Assembly: GCA_965203055.1 (NCBI GenBank)
Contig: OZ241863.1
Coordinates: 128,001-192,000, forward strand
Length of the DNA stretch: 64,000 nt
Source: Spirochaetia bacterium
Lineage (GTDB): Bacteria; Spirochaetota; Spirochaetia; SZUA-6; Bin103
Direction: 5' to 3'
Shown: positions 9,118 to 18,399 of the stretch, one piece after another
How positions within the stretch are numbered: position 1 is the first letter of the stretch
Layout: each line of letters begins with the position of its first letter
Program-made: the position numbers and the translations under genes
Notes under the pieces: model-generated
What the model was told of the DNA's origin: nothing
Databases searched by the model: none
Seen by the model: the letters and a program-made list of their open reading frames with translations, nothing else

Positions 9118-10536
9118 CTACTCCGGCAGGTGGAACACCGCCATCTTGGTCTCGGTCATCTCCTGCACCGCGTACTTGGGGCCCTCCTTGCCCATGCCGC
9201 TCTCCTTCACGCCGCCGTACGGCATCATGTCGGCGCGCCATTGGGTGCCCCAGTTCACGTGCAGGTTGCCCGACTCGCACTCGCGCACGAATTTCATCGC
9301 CCAATCCACGTTCTGGGTGAAGATGGCGGCGCTCAAGCCGTAGTTGGTGTCGTTGGCCGCGGCGATGGCGGCGTCCAGGTCGGGCGCCTGCGAGACCCCG
9401 ACCACCGGGCCGAAGATCTCGTCGCAGGAGATGCGCATCTCGGGACTGACGTCGGCCACCAGGGTGGGTTCGAACAGTTGGCCGGTACGGTCGCCGCCGG
9501 CCAGCACGCGGGCGCCGGCGCCGGTTGCCTCGCCGAGCCAGCCGGCGATTCGCTCCGAATCCTCCTCACGGATCATCGGCCCCATACCGGTGCTCTCGTG
9601 CAGCGGATTGCCGGTGGAAATGGCCGCGGTGGCCGCGGTCATGGCTTCCAGCAGGTCGCCGTAGATGTCGCGATGGGCGATGACGCGCTGAGTGGAGATG
9701 CACACCTGACCGGCGTTGGAGAAGCCGCTCTGGGCGGCGGCCTTGGCCACCCGCTCCGGGTCGGCGTCCGGCATCACGATCAGCGGCGAGTTGGAGCCCA
9801 GCTCCATGGTCACCCGCTTCAGTCCGGCCACCTTGCAGATCTGCTCGCCGATGTCGCGGCTGCCGGTGAAGGTGATCTTGCGCACTCGGGGGTCGGCGCA
9901 CAATGCGTTGCCGATGGCGCCGCCGGGGCCGGTCAGACACTGCACCGCCTCGGGCGCCGCCCCCGCCTCGACGAACAGCTCGATCAGCTTCAGGGCCGAC
10001 AGCGGGGTGTCGGTGGCCGGCTTGAGAATGCAGGCGTTGCCGGCGGCGAAGGCCGGGCCCACTTTGTGGCACACCAGGTGGAGCGGAAAGTTGAAGGGGC
10101 TGATACCCACCACGATGCCGCACGGCACGCGCACCGTGAAGCCGAGCTTGCCGCTTACGCCGGGGGCGCCGTCCAACGGTATCACCTCGCTGCCGAGGCG
10201 CTTCGCCTCCTCCGCCGAGAGCATGATGATCTCCGCCGCGCGGGTCGCTTCGATCTGCGCTTCGGCGAGGATCTTGCCCTCCTCCAGGGTGATGGTGCGC
10301 GCCAGGTCGGCGGCCCGTTCGCGCATCAGGTCGGCCACCTTGTGAAGTATCTCGTAGCGCTGATAGCCGGTGAGCCCGCGCATGATGGCGGCGCCCCGTT
10401 GCGCGGTCGCCAGCGCCTCCTCCACGTCGTCCAGATCCGAGCGCGGCACCGTGTCCACGACGGAGCCGTCGAACGGGTTGCGCACCTCGATCTTCTCCGC
10501 CCTGTCTACCCACTTGCCGCCGAGCAGCATTTTCAT
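9118..10536 (-). CDS. Aldehyde dehydrogenase family protein
   Basis: Motifs PFNFP, FTGS, MELG, NAGQVCIS (catalytic Cys) and EIFGP; AGGAGG SD. Confidence 0.95.
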   Translation of the reverse strand: MKMLLGGKWVDRAEKIEVRNPFDGSVVDTVPRSDLDDVEEALATAQRGAAIMRGLTGYQRYEILHKVADLMRERAADLARTITLEEGKILAEAQIEATRAAEIIMLSAEEAKRLGSEVIPLDGAPGVSGKLGFTVRVPCGIVVGISPFNFPLHLVCHKVGPAFAAGNACILKPATDTPLSALKLIELFVEAGAAPEAVQCLTGPGGAIGNALCADPRVRKITFTGSRDIGEQICKVAGLKRVTMELGSNSPLIVMPDADPERVAKAAAQSGFSNAGQVCISTQRVIAHRDIYGDLLEAMTAATAAISTGNPLHESTGMGPMIREEDSERIAGWLGEATGAGARVLAGGDRTGQLFEPTLVADVSPEMRISCDEIFGPVVGVSQAPDLDAAIAAANDTNYGLSAAIFTQNVDWAMKFVRECESGNLHVNWGTQWRADMMPYGGVKESGMGKEGPKYAVQEMTETKMAVFHLPE

Positions 10537-11126
10537 TGTTGAACGTCCTCCTGCGGCGCCCGGGCGGCGCCGCTCACGCTCCTATTATCCCGCGCCGGCG
10601 GCGGGTCTGCCAATCGGGCGCGCGCGCGACCGGCGTGCTCGGCGGCGGGCAGGTCCACCACCAGCCAGGCGCCCTCCCGCGCTACCGGATAGGTCTCCGC
10701 CACGTACGGCCCCCTGACCAGGCCCGGCGCCGGCGGGTCGCCCGCCAACTCCGCGTCCGCCAACTCCTCGGCGGCCACCAGCGCCACCTCGTAGCGGCTC
10801 ACCTTGAGGCGCTCGGGGAGGCACCACGACTGGCCGGTGCGCAGGTGAAACTCCCAGCCGTGCCACGGACAGGCCACCACTTCGCGGCTCGCCCGGTAGC
10901 GGTACTCGCCCGGTGCCGGCGACTGCAGCACGCCCCACAGGCGGCCCTCGCACAGCGCGCCGCCCTGGTGCGGGCAGCGGTTGCGCAGGGCGAAGAACTC
11001 GCCGCCGACGTTGAACACGCCGATCGAGCGCCCGGCCACGGTCACGATCTTGCGCCCGCCGGGCGGAATCTCACCCGCTTGCGCGACGGCGTAGCGCGCG
11101 GTTCGCGGGCGCTGCGCCGCGCTCAC
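10533..11126 (-). CDS. Rieske [2Fe-2S] ferredoxin
   Basis: NRCPHQGG and CPWHGWEF motifs; GTG 11126 overlaps the upstream stop (GTGA); this is only the C-terminal part of the 831-aa track ORF. Confidence 0.88.
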   Translation of the reverse strand: MSAAQRPRTARYAVAQAGEIPPGGRKIVTVAGRSIGVFNVGGEFFALRNRCPHQGGALCEGRLWGVLQSPAPGEYRYRASREVVACPWHGWEFHLRTGQSWCLPERLKVSRYEVALVAAEELADAELAGDPPAPGLVRGPYVAETYPVAREGAWLVVDLPAAEHAGRARARLADPPPARDNRSVSGAARAPQEDVQQ

Positions 11127-12229
11127 GGGCGGCGCGGTTCCAGCCGGTAGAGGGCGCGCGCGTGGTGATAGCGAATGCCCGCCTTGACCTCCTCGGAGAG
11201 GCCGTGCGGCAGCACCAGGTCGGGGTTGTCGCTGTCCCAGTGCGGGTAGTCGCTGGCCAGCAGCAGATGATCCGCCAGCGGCCCGAGGTGCTCCAGCAGG
11301 CAGCGGAAGTCGGCGGCGCGCGGCGGCTCTTCGATCGGCTGGGTAGTCAGGTAGAGGTGTTCGGCAATGATCTCCGAGGGCCGCCGCCGCAGGTGCGGCA
11401 CCTCGGCGCGCAGCAGGTTCCAGGCGGCGTCGAGCCGCCACATCAGCGCCGGCGCCCAGCCGAACGCGTTCTCGATCGAGATCAGCTTGATGCCGAAGCG
11501 GTCGAACACCCCCTCGACCACCAGGCTGGTGACGTTGGCCTGCGCCGCCTGGGCCGGACTGAGATGGTCCTCGATGTAGTAGGAGGCATGTCCGGCGCCG
11601 GTAATCGGGTGGCCGTAGGCGCCGAACGCGTGGGTGGCGACGTGCAGCCCCTCCTCGGCGCACGCCTCGTAGATCGGCCAGTACCGGCGCCGGCCCATCG
11701 GCTCCTGGCTGCGGCCCTTGAACAGCACCTGCACGAACCGCCGGTCGCGCGCGCAGCGCCGCACCTCGGCGGCGGCCGCCGCCGGATCTTCCGTCGCCAG
11801 CACGATCGAGGCGCGCAGCCGCGCATCCCGGTCCAGCCACTCGGCCGCCTGCCACTCGTTGGCGGCGCGCGCCAGCGCGGCGCCCAGTTGCAGGTCGAGC
11901 GCCGCGTTGGCCGGCACCAGCGGATTGAGGATCGCGTAGGCGACGTGGTAGCGGTCGAGGAAGTGGCGGCCGGTGAATTCCACCTCCGACCCGGACTGGC
12001 GCCCCGACGGCGGGCGCGCGTCCTCGCGATGGTCCATGAAGCGGGGATAGTAGCCTCCGTTGGGGGTGCGCAGGCCGAACTGATCCAGGTGCCCGCGCCA
12101 GCGCTGCGCAAGGTAGGGGTAGAGATCCTTCAGGGAGTCGATCTCGTTGTGCAGGTCGCAGTCGATGAGCGCCGGGCGCGCCGGCGCGGGCGGGGAATCG
12201 ATCAGCGGTGCGGTTGCCGTGCGGCTCAT
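11123..12229 (-). CDS. Amidohydrolase-2 fold protein (possible dinuclear monooxygenase catalytic subunit)
   Basis: Motifs IDCDLH, ANEWQAAEWL, ATHAFG, EGVFDRF, IENAFGW and SDYPHWD. Confidence 0.88.
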   Translation of the reverse strand: MSRTATAPLIDSPPAPARPALIDCDLHNEIDSLKDLYPYLAQRWRGHLDQFGLRTPNGGYYPRFMDHREDARPPSGRQSGSEVEFTGRHFLDRYHVAYAILNPLVPANAALDLQLGAALARAANEWQAAEWLDRDARLRASIVLATEDPAAAAAEVRRCARDRRFVQVLFKGRSQEPMGRRRYWPIYEACAEEGLHVATHAFGAYGHPITGAGHASYYIEDHLSPAQAAQANVTSLVVEGVFDRFGIKLISIENAFGWAPALMWRLDAAWNLLRAEVPHLRRRPSEIIAEHLYLTTQPIEEPPRAADFRCLLEHLGPLADHLLLASDYPHWDSDNPDLVLPHGLSEEVKAGIRYHHARALYRLEPRRP

Positions 12230-12241
12230 GGTGTCGCCTCC

Positions 12242-13261
12242 TCACAGCCGGTAGAGGCTGCGCGCATTTTCGCTTCCGATCATACCTTGCAGTGAATCCG
12301 GCAGGTGCGCCAGCAGGTCGGCCTCGGCGGCGCCGGTATGGGCGTGGGGATAGTCGCTGGCGTAGAGCAGCATGCGCTCCGAGCCGAGCTGGTCGATCAC
12401 TTCCCGCAACTGGCTCACCCGCGGCGGCGCGTCGAGCGGCTGAATCCCGAGGCGCACGTGCTCGCGCACGTATTCCGACGGCGGCCGGCGCACCCAGGGC
12501 ACCAGCCGGCGCAGGTTCCGCCACTCCTTGTCCATCCGCCACAGGTGCGCCGGCAGCCAGGTGAAGCCCGACTCCAGGAACGCCACGCGCAGCCGGGGGA
12601 ATGCGTCGAACACGCCCTCGACTATCAGACTGGAGAGCTGGGTGGCGAATACCTGCGCCATCGCCGCGTACTCCTCGAGGAAGTAGGAGGGCCAGCCGGT
12701 GGGCGTCGGCGGCATCACCGGGGCGCCGCCGAAGTGAATGCCGGCCACCAGCTCGTGACGTTCGATGCACTCCCACAGCGGGTGGAACAGCCTGCTTCCC
12801 AGCGGATGCTCGGTGCGCGCGGGAATCAGCACCTGAACGAATCCCGGCCGCTGCGCCACGCGCTCGATCTCGGCCGCGGCCAGGGCCGGAATCTGAATCG
12901 GGACCACCACCGAACCCCGCAACCGCGGTTCCGGCTCCAGCCACTCGCAGGTCAGCCAGTCGTTGACCGCCGCGGCCAGCGCCGCCGCCACGTCGGGGTG
13001 GTGCATGCTGTCCACCGCGTACAGGCAACTGGAGACCGCGGCCTCCACCGGCGCGGCGTCGAACAGGTCGGCGCGCAGGCGCTGCAGACTGGAACCGGCG
13101 GCCGCGGCCGTGACCGGCGCCCCCTTGGGGTAGTAGTGCACCGCCGGCCCCCGGTCGAGCGTCTGCGAGAAGTGCTCTACCCAGTGCGCGGTGAGGTAGG
13201 GGAACAACTCAGCGATGCGCGGGGTGCGGACGTGCACGTCGGCGTCGATGAGCGGTCCCAC
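12242..13261 (-). CDS. Amidohydrolase-2 fold protein (paralogous partner subunit)
   Basis: Motifs IDADVH, VNDWLTCEWL, GIHFGG, EGVFDAFP, LESGFTW and SDYPH; start trimmed to GTG 13261. Confidence 0.88.
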   Translation of the reverse strand: MGPLIDADVHVRTPRIAELFPYLTAHWVEHFSQTLDRGPAVHYYPKGAPVTAAAAGSSLQRLRADLFDAAPVEAAVSSCLYAVDSMHHPDVAAALAAAVNDWLTCEWLEPEPRLRGSVVVPIQIPALAAAEIERVAQRPGFVQVLIPARTEHPLGSRLFHPLWECIERHELVAGIHFGGAPVMPPTPTGWPSYFLEEYAAMAQVFATQLSSLIVEGVFDAFPRLRVAFLESGFTWLPAHLWRMDKEWRNLRRLVPWVRRPPSEYVREHVRLGIQPLDAPPRVSQLREVIDQLGSERMLLYASDYPHAHTGAAEADLLAHLPDSLQGMIGSENARSLYRL

Positions 13262-13268
13262 GGCGCCG

Positions 13269-14345
13269 CTAGTCCTCGTGGTCCGGGCGGGCGGCGCCGC
13301 CGAGCGCCCGGCGCAACGGCTCGATGACCGGCTCCGGGGCCGGTTCCGGCAACGGCAGCGGGCGCCGCTGCAGGGCGCTGCGGTAGGCGGCGAGCAGCAC
13401 CGCGTACTGCTCGGCGGCGCGTTCCAGCGCCAGCGGATGCCCGCGTTCCGGGCGCTCGATCCAGTCCAACACCGAGCCGACCAGGGCCGCCTGCGCGGGC
13501 GCGTCCTGCTCCCAGTAGTCGTGGCTGCCGCGCTGCAGCCGGCCATCGCACAGCGTCTCCCACGACCACATGGTCCAGCTCACGTGGCCGCGTTCGCCGT
13601 AGACGCCGATACGCTTGTGCGCCCACACCTCGCCGCGCGCCGCCGGCGGCGCGTCGGGTTGGCGCGGGGCGCCGCGGCCGCAGCGCAGCAGGGCGCGCAG
13701 GCCGCCGGCGAAGTCGATCGCCGCCAGCAAGTCGTCGGGGGCGTAATGGGCGCGCGGGTTCGGCTGCAAACCTTCGGCGCCGGCGGCCTGCGCCAGCACC
13801 GCGGCGGGGCGCGCCGTACCGGCGAAGGCGAACACCGCCTGCAGGCAATGGGTTCCCTGATAGGCGCCGTTCATGCCGCAGCCGGCGTCGATGAAGCGCA
13901 CCTGGCCGAGGGCGCCCTCCGCCACCAAGCGCTGCAGCCGGCGGCGCGGGGCGTGATAGTGAAGCTGATGGTTGACCGCCACCTTCAGCGGGGAGGCGCG
14001 CGCCAGGGCCGCCAGCGCGGCGCAGTCGGGGCCGTCGATGGCGACCGGCTTCTCCACGATCGCGGCCGGGACCCCGGCGGCCGCCACCTGCTCCAGCACC
14101 TCCAGCCGCGCGCTCGGCGGGGTGTTGACGTGCACCACGTCGGGCCGCTCGCGGGCCAGCATCTCGCGGTAGTCGCGGTAGCGGGCGGGAACCCCGTAGT
14201 CGGCGGCCAGCCGGTCCCGGGGAGCGGCGGTGCGCGCCGCCACCGCCACCAGCCGGGCGCGCGGTTGGTAGCGGTAGGCCAGCGCGTGGTGGCGCGCGCG
14301 GGCGCCGCTCGCGCCGATGATCACGCTCCGGTAGCCGCCGTTCAC
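13269..14345 (-). CDS. Gfo/Idh/MocA family oxidoreductase
   Basis: Rossmann VIIGASG, PDVVHVNTP, VEKPVA and GTH motifs; start trimmed to GTG 14345. Confidence 0.85.
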   Translation of the reverse strand: MNGGYRSVIIGASGARARHHALAYRYQPRARLVAVAARTAAPRDRLAADYGVPARYRDYREMLARERPDVVHVNTPPSARLEVLEQVAAAGVPAAIVEKPVAIDGPDCAALAALARASPLKVAVNHQLHYHAPRRRLQRLVAEGALGQVRFIDAGCGMNGAYQGTHCLQAVFAFAGTARPAAVLAQAAGAEGLQPNPRAHYAPDDLLAAIDFAGGLRALLRCGRGAPRQPDAPPAARGEVWAHKRIGVYGERGHVSWTMWSWETLCDGRLQRGSHDYWEQDAPAQAALVGSVLDWIERPERGHPLALERAAEQYAVLLAAYRSALQRRPLPLPEPAPEPVIEPLRRALGGAARPDHED

Positions 14346-14465
14346 GACATGCTGATTGTAGCATGCCTTGGGGGGCGGCGCTCCGCGGCTGCCCGGCGTC
14401 AGTGCCGGCGGCGGTTGCCGGCGGCGGCGGTTGCCGGCGGCGGCACTGCGCCATAAGCTGCTGAA

Positions 14466-15212
14466 ATGGCTGATTTCGACGGCAAGGTCGCGCTGGTCAC
14501 GGGCGGCGGCACCGGTATCGGGCGCGCTACGGCGCTGCTGCTTGCGGCGCAAGGGGCGGCGCTGGCCGTCAACTACTCGCGGTCGCGGCAGGAGGCCGAA
14601 GACACCGTTGCCGAGCTGCGCCGCGGCGGCGGGCGCGCTCTGGCGGTGCGGGCCGACGTAGCGGACGACGCCCAGGTGCGCGCCATGGTGGCGGCCACGG
14701 TGGCGGAGTTCGGCCGCCTCGACATTCTGGTGAACAACGCGGGGCGCACCCGGGCGGTGGCGCCGGCGGATCTCGACGCCATCCACGACGAAGACTTCGA
14801 TCAGATCCTGGGCGTCAACCTGAAGGGCACCTTCTTCTGTTCCCGCGCCGCCATACCCGAAATGAAGCGCGGCGGGGGCGGTCACATCGTGAACGTCGGC
14901 TCCATCGCCGGGTTGACCGGTCAGGGCAGCTCGCTGATCTACTCGGCCAGCAAGGCGGCGGTTATGAACCTGACGCGCGGCATGGCGCACAGTCAGGCCC
15001 CGGCGGTGCAGGTCAACTGCGTGGTGCCCGGCCTGGTGGAGACGCGCTGGACCGCCACCGTGAGCGAGGAGTTCGTGCAACGGAACCGCGCCGCCACCCC
15101 CATGGGACGGGCCGCCGCCCCCGCCGACGTGGCCGCGGCCATCGTCGGCCTGCTGCGCAGCACCTTCATCACCGGCGCCAGCCTGGTGGTCGACGGCGGA
15201 CGAACCATCTAG
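14466..15212 (+). CDS. Short-chain dehydrogenase/reductase (SDR)
   Basis: TGGGTGIG, NNAG and YSASK motifs. Confidence 0.95.
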   Translation: MADFDGKVALVTGGGTGIGRATALLLAAQGAALAVNYSRSRQEAEDTVAELRRGGGRALAVRADVADDAQVRAMVAATVAEFGRLDILVNNAGRTRAVAPADLDAIHDEDFDQILGVNLKGTFFCSRAAIPEMKRGGGGHIVNVGSIAGLTGQGSSLIYSASKAAVMNLTRGMAHSQAPAVQVNCVVPGLVETRWTATVSEEFVQRNRAATPMGRAAAPADVAAAIVGLLRSTFITGASLVVDGGRTI

Positions 15213-15220
15213 TCCAGCCT

Positions 15221-17035
15221 TCAGCCGGGGAACACTGCCGCCGGGCGGCCCCGGGTTGCGGTCCGCAGGCGGAACAGGCCGCCGGCATGCGGCTGCGCGG
15301 CCAGCGCCGGCCCATCCTGCCCGTAGCGCGCAGTGGTGACGTAGAGCTGATCCAGCGCCGGTCCCCCGAACGCGCACGAAGTAGTCAGGTTGGCCGGTAC
15401 CGGGATGGTCTGCAACAGCGCGCCGGAGGTCGGATGCCAGCGCGTCACGCAGCCGCCGCCCCAGTGCGCCACCCACAAAGTTCCATCGAGCGCGACCGTC
15501 ATGCCGTCAGGGACTCCGCGGTCCGCCGGCAGCGTCACCGCGGGGCGCGGATTGGTGATGTTGCCGCTGGCGGCATCGTAGTCGAAGGCGGTGACCTGCC
15601 GGGTCAGGGAATCGATGTAGTACATGGTGCGGCCGTCGGGGCTCCAGTCCATGCCGTTGGTGTTGTCGATGCCGCTCAGGCGCCTGGTCACGGTCAAGTC
15701 TGGCTCCAGGCTGTACAGGTGGCCCAGCGTGTCGGTGGCGCGGTCGACGGCAATCGACCCGAACCAGAAGCGCCCGGCGGGGTCCACCTTGCCGTCGTTG
15801 AAATGGGTCTCGGGACGATCCGCCTCGATGGCCGCGACGCGCGTCCTGGCGCCGCTGACCGGGTCCAGGTGATAGATGCCCGAGGCGGTCGCCGCCAGCA
15901 GCCCGCCCCCCGCGCGCGGCACCACGCAGCCAACGAACTCGCCGACCTCGACCCGGCCGGCAAGGCCGGAGGCGGGTTGGTAGTGGTGCACGATTCCGGC
16001 GAACAGATCGACCCAGTAGAGCGTCCCGGCGGCGGCGTGCCACACGGGTCCTTCGCCCAGTTCGGCGCGCGCGTCGAGCACCAGTTCCGGCTCCGGCTCT
16101 CGCTCCGGCGCGACCGGCGCCGCCCGCACGCGGGCGGGCGCGGCCCGGGTCCCGCCGGCCGGCGCCGTCCCGGCGCCCCGGGCGCGTTCGGCGCGCTCCT
16201 CCCGGCGCCAACACCGCCACTGTTCCCGTTCCGGGTACTCGCCGCGGTCGCCGGACGCACGCCGCGCCAGCAGCTCCCGGTCCGGCTCGAACAGCCGCGC
16301 CACGCGCCGGTCGCCGCGCGCGCGGGCGGCGCGAATCTCGCGCTGCATGCGTTCCATGCCGTAGGCGTCCCGCTTCGGCAGCCAGCACTTGGTGTAGAAG
16401 TAGCTGACGAAGATACGCAGGCGGCCGCTGCAGTTGCCGGAGGTGCTGTGCAGCAGGGAAGAGTGGATCAACACCGTGTCGCCCGCCGCCAGCTCCACCG
16501 CCTGCTCGCCGGCCTGGATCTTCCCAGGGCCCTCGCTGCCGACCAGCGCGCCGCCGCGGTGGGAGCCGGGAATCACCCGCAGCGGGCCATATTCGGCTCC
16601 CTCCTGCAGGTAGGTGAGCACGTTCACCGCGTTCGGCGGCAGGTAATCATCGGTCCAGCCGGGCAGGCTCCACATGTCGCGGTGCCAGGCGCGCACCGCG
16701 CGCGCTTCGGTTGCGCTGACCGGCGGCGTGACGGCGACCTGCAGACTGTCGAAGCCCACGAACGGCCCCATCAGCTCCTCCAGGAGATCCAGCATCGCCG
16801 GCGCCACCAGCGCGGGGAGAAACAGGTCGGGGCGCTCCTGCAGCAGGCCGCGCAATACCGCCCGCGGCTGCCCCACGCCGCCCCCGCGCTGGTCCTCGCC
16901 CCACTCGCGGCGGTAGCGCTCCTCGAACACCTGCCGCCACTGCTCCAACCAGGCCGCGTTGAAGCCGCGCAGGATGGTGTAGCCGCGCTGCTCGAACTCC
17001 GCCACCCGGGCCGACAGGGTACCGTTCACCGTCAT
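15221..17035 (-). CDS. Fusion of PhyH-like Fe(II)/2-oxoglutarate dioxygenase and SMP-30/gluconolactonase
   Basis: N-half has WHRD, LRVIPGSH and LLHST; C-half has LGEGPVW, FNDGKVDPAGRFW, NGMDWSPDG, PDGM and TSCAFGG; ATG 17035 overlaps the sirtuin stop (ATGA). Confidence 0.82.
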   Translation of the reverse strand: MTVNGTLSARVAEFEQRGYTILRGFNAAWLEQWRQVFEERYRREWGEDQRGGGVGQPRAVLRGLLQERPDLFLPALVAPAMLDLLEELMGPFVGFDSLQVAVTPPVSATEARAVRAWHRDMWSLPGWTDDYLPPNAVNVLTYLQEGAEYGPLRVIPGSHRGGALVGSEGPGKIQAGEQAVELAAGDTVLIHSSLLHSTSGNCSGRLRIFVSYFYTKCWLPKRDAYGMERMQREIRAARARGDRRVARLFEPDRELLARRASGDRGEYPEREQWRCWRREERAERARGAGTAPAGGTRAAPARVRAAPVAPEREPEPELVLDARAELGEGPVWHAAAGTLYWVDLFAGIVHHYQPASGLAGRVEVGEFVGCVVPRAGGGLLAATASGIYHLDPVSGARTRVAAIEADRPETHFNDGKVDPAGRFWFGSIAVDRATDTLGHLYSLEPDLTVTRRLSGIDNTNGMDWSPDGRTMYYIDSLTRQVTAFDYDAASGNITNPRPAVTLPADRGVPDGMTVALDGTLWVAHWGGGCVTRWHPTSGALLQTIPVPANLTTSCAFGGPALDQLYVTTARYGQDGPALAAQPHAGGLFRLRTATRGRPAAVFPG

Positions 17036-17859
17036 GCCGACCCACCGAGGGCGCGGACCAGCGCCGGCAGGAGCACGGTCACGTCGCCCTCCAGCCGCAG
17101 ATCGGCAAGCGCGTCGTGGGCGGTCGGACCGCGGTTGATGACGGCGTACCGGGCGCCGTGCTGCGCCGCCCGCAACGGCACGTCCGCGGCGGGCCGCACC
17201 TCCAGCGTGGAACCAATCGCCAGCACCAGGTCGGCGCGGCCCGCGGCGCGGAACGCGCGCTGCAGCTCGGCCGGCGGCAACGGCTGGCCGAACGATACGG
17301 TCGCCGTCTTCAGGAACCCGCCGCAGGCCTGGCAGCGGGGACAGTTGCCGGTGGCCTGGAACTCCTCCAGCGCGGGCTGCGGCGCGCTGCGGGCGCCGCA
17401 TGCCAGACACTCCACCGCCCGGTTGGTGCCGTGCAACTCGATGATCCGCTCGGCCTCGTGGCCGGCATCCCGGTGCAGGCCGTCCACGTTCTGGGTCACC
17501 AGGACGTCCAGCTTGCCGAGCCGGTCCAGCTCCGCCAGGGCGAGGTGGGCGGCGTTGGGCCGCGCCCGGGCGAACTCCCGGTGCCCCTCCGCCTTGTACT
17601 GCCAATGCGCGCGGCGCGCCGCTTCGGAAGCGACGAAGTCCTGGAACAGCACCGGCCGGCGCCGCGTCCACTGTCCGCCCGGGCCGCGAAAGTCGGGGAT
17701 CCCCGAGGCGGTGGACATGCCCGCTCCGGTGAACACCAGCACGCGCCGGGCGGCGCGCACCGCCCCGGCCAAGTCCGCTACCTGCGCCGCCGCCTCTTCC
17801 TCGATCACCGCTGCCGCCGCCTGCCAACCAATCTTGCCCGGTTCGAGCCCCTCCTGCAA
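17032..17859 (-). CDS. Sir2/CobB-family NAD-dependent deacylase
   Basis: Motifs FTGAGMSTASGIPDFRG, TQNVDGLH, ELHG, CxxC...CxxC and IGSTL; start uncertain. Confidence 0.93.
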   Translation of the reverse strand: MQEGLEPGKIGWQAAAAVIEEEAAAQVADLAGAVRAARRVLVFTGAGMSTASGIPDFRGPGGQWTRRRPVLFQDFVASEAARRAHWQYKAEGHREFARARPNAAHLALAELDRLGKLDVLVTQNVDGLHRDAGHEAERIIELHGTNRAVECLACGARSAPQPALEEFQATGNCPRCQACGGFLKTATVSFGQPLPPAELQRAFRAAGRADLVLAIGSTLEVRPAADVPLRAAQHGARYAVINRGPTAHDALADLRLEGDVTVLLPALVRALGGSA

Positions 17860-17895
17860 CGCGCGCCGGCACTGAGCAAGAGTTGTAGCGAGCGG

Positions 17896-18237
17896 TCAGC
17901 GGTGGTCGCCGTCGCCCTGCAGGGTGCCGGCCGCCTGGCGCCGCGCCAGTTTGCGCAGGTTGTGCTCCGCCACCTCCTGCAGCGAGAGATCCAGGTCGGT
18001 GCAGATCTGGGCCAGGTACCACAGCACGTCGCCAAGCTCGCTCTTGAGGGCGGCGCGATCCTCGCCGCTGATCACGCCGCCCTTGTCGCGGAAGATCTTC
18101 TTCACCTTGCCGGCCACCTCCCCCGCTTCGTTGGTCAGGCCCAGGGTCGGGTAGAGGATGGCGTGGTCCACCACCACCCGGTTCCAGGTGCGGCGCGACT
18201 GGCGCTGATAGCGGGCGAAGGTTGCGGCATCTGCCAT
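17896..18237 (-). CDS. MazG-like nucleoside triphosphate pyrophosphohydrolase
   Basis: Motifs LGLTNEAGEVA, ELGDVLWY, N..KL..R and GDGDHR. Confidence 0.9.
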   Translation of the reverse strand: MADAATFARYQRQSRRTWNRVVVDHAILYPTLGLTNEAGEVAGKVKKIFRDKGGVISGEDRAALKSELGDVLWYLAQICTDLDLSLQEVAEHNLRKLARRQAAGTLQGDGDHR

Positions 18238-18399
18238 GCGCCAAGCCTACTACGGGCGCCGCGCCCGGGGCACCCCGCCTGCCGGCGAAGCTGCGCGCGC
18301 AGCGCCGGCCCGCGGCCTTGGGCGGACCGGTAGCAGGCAAGTAGTGGTCATTCGCGCTTAACGCCGTACCGAGACTATACTTATATTGGAAGAGCTCCG

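Noticed and set aside
10533..13028. 831-aa ORF as a giant Rieske fusion
   Set aside because: Only the last 197 aa are protein-like; the rest overlaps the two amidohydrolase genes in other frames
3703..17859. Histone plus sirtuin as a bacterial histone-deacetylation system
   Set aside because: They are 13 kb apart with unrelated genes between; CobB-type sirtuins are ubiquitous and the histone has no tail; the sequence gives no evidence of linkage
17032..18237. Sir2 + MazG as an anti-phage NAD/nucleotide-depletion system
   Set aside because: The sirtuin has the CobB-type Zn ribbon and deacylase motifs rather than the SIR2_2 NADase architecture; both look like housekeeping genes
15221..18340. 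1039-aa ORF as a sirtuin/MazG-containing mega-fusion
   Set aside because: The sirtuin and MazG are in different frames with their own stops; the real start is ATG 17035
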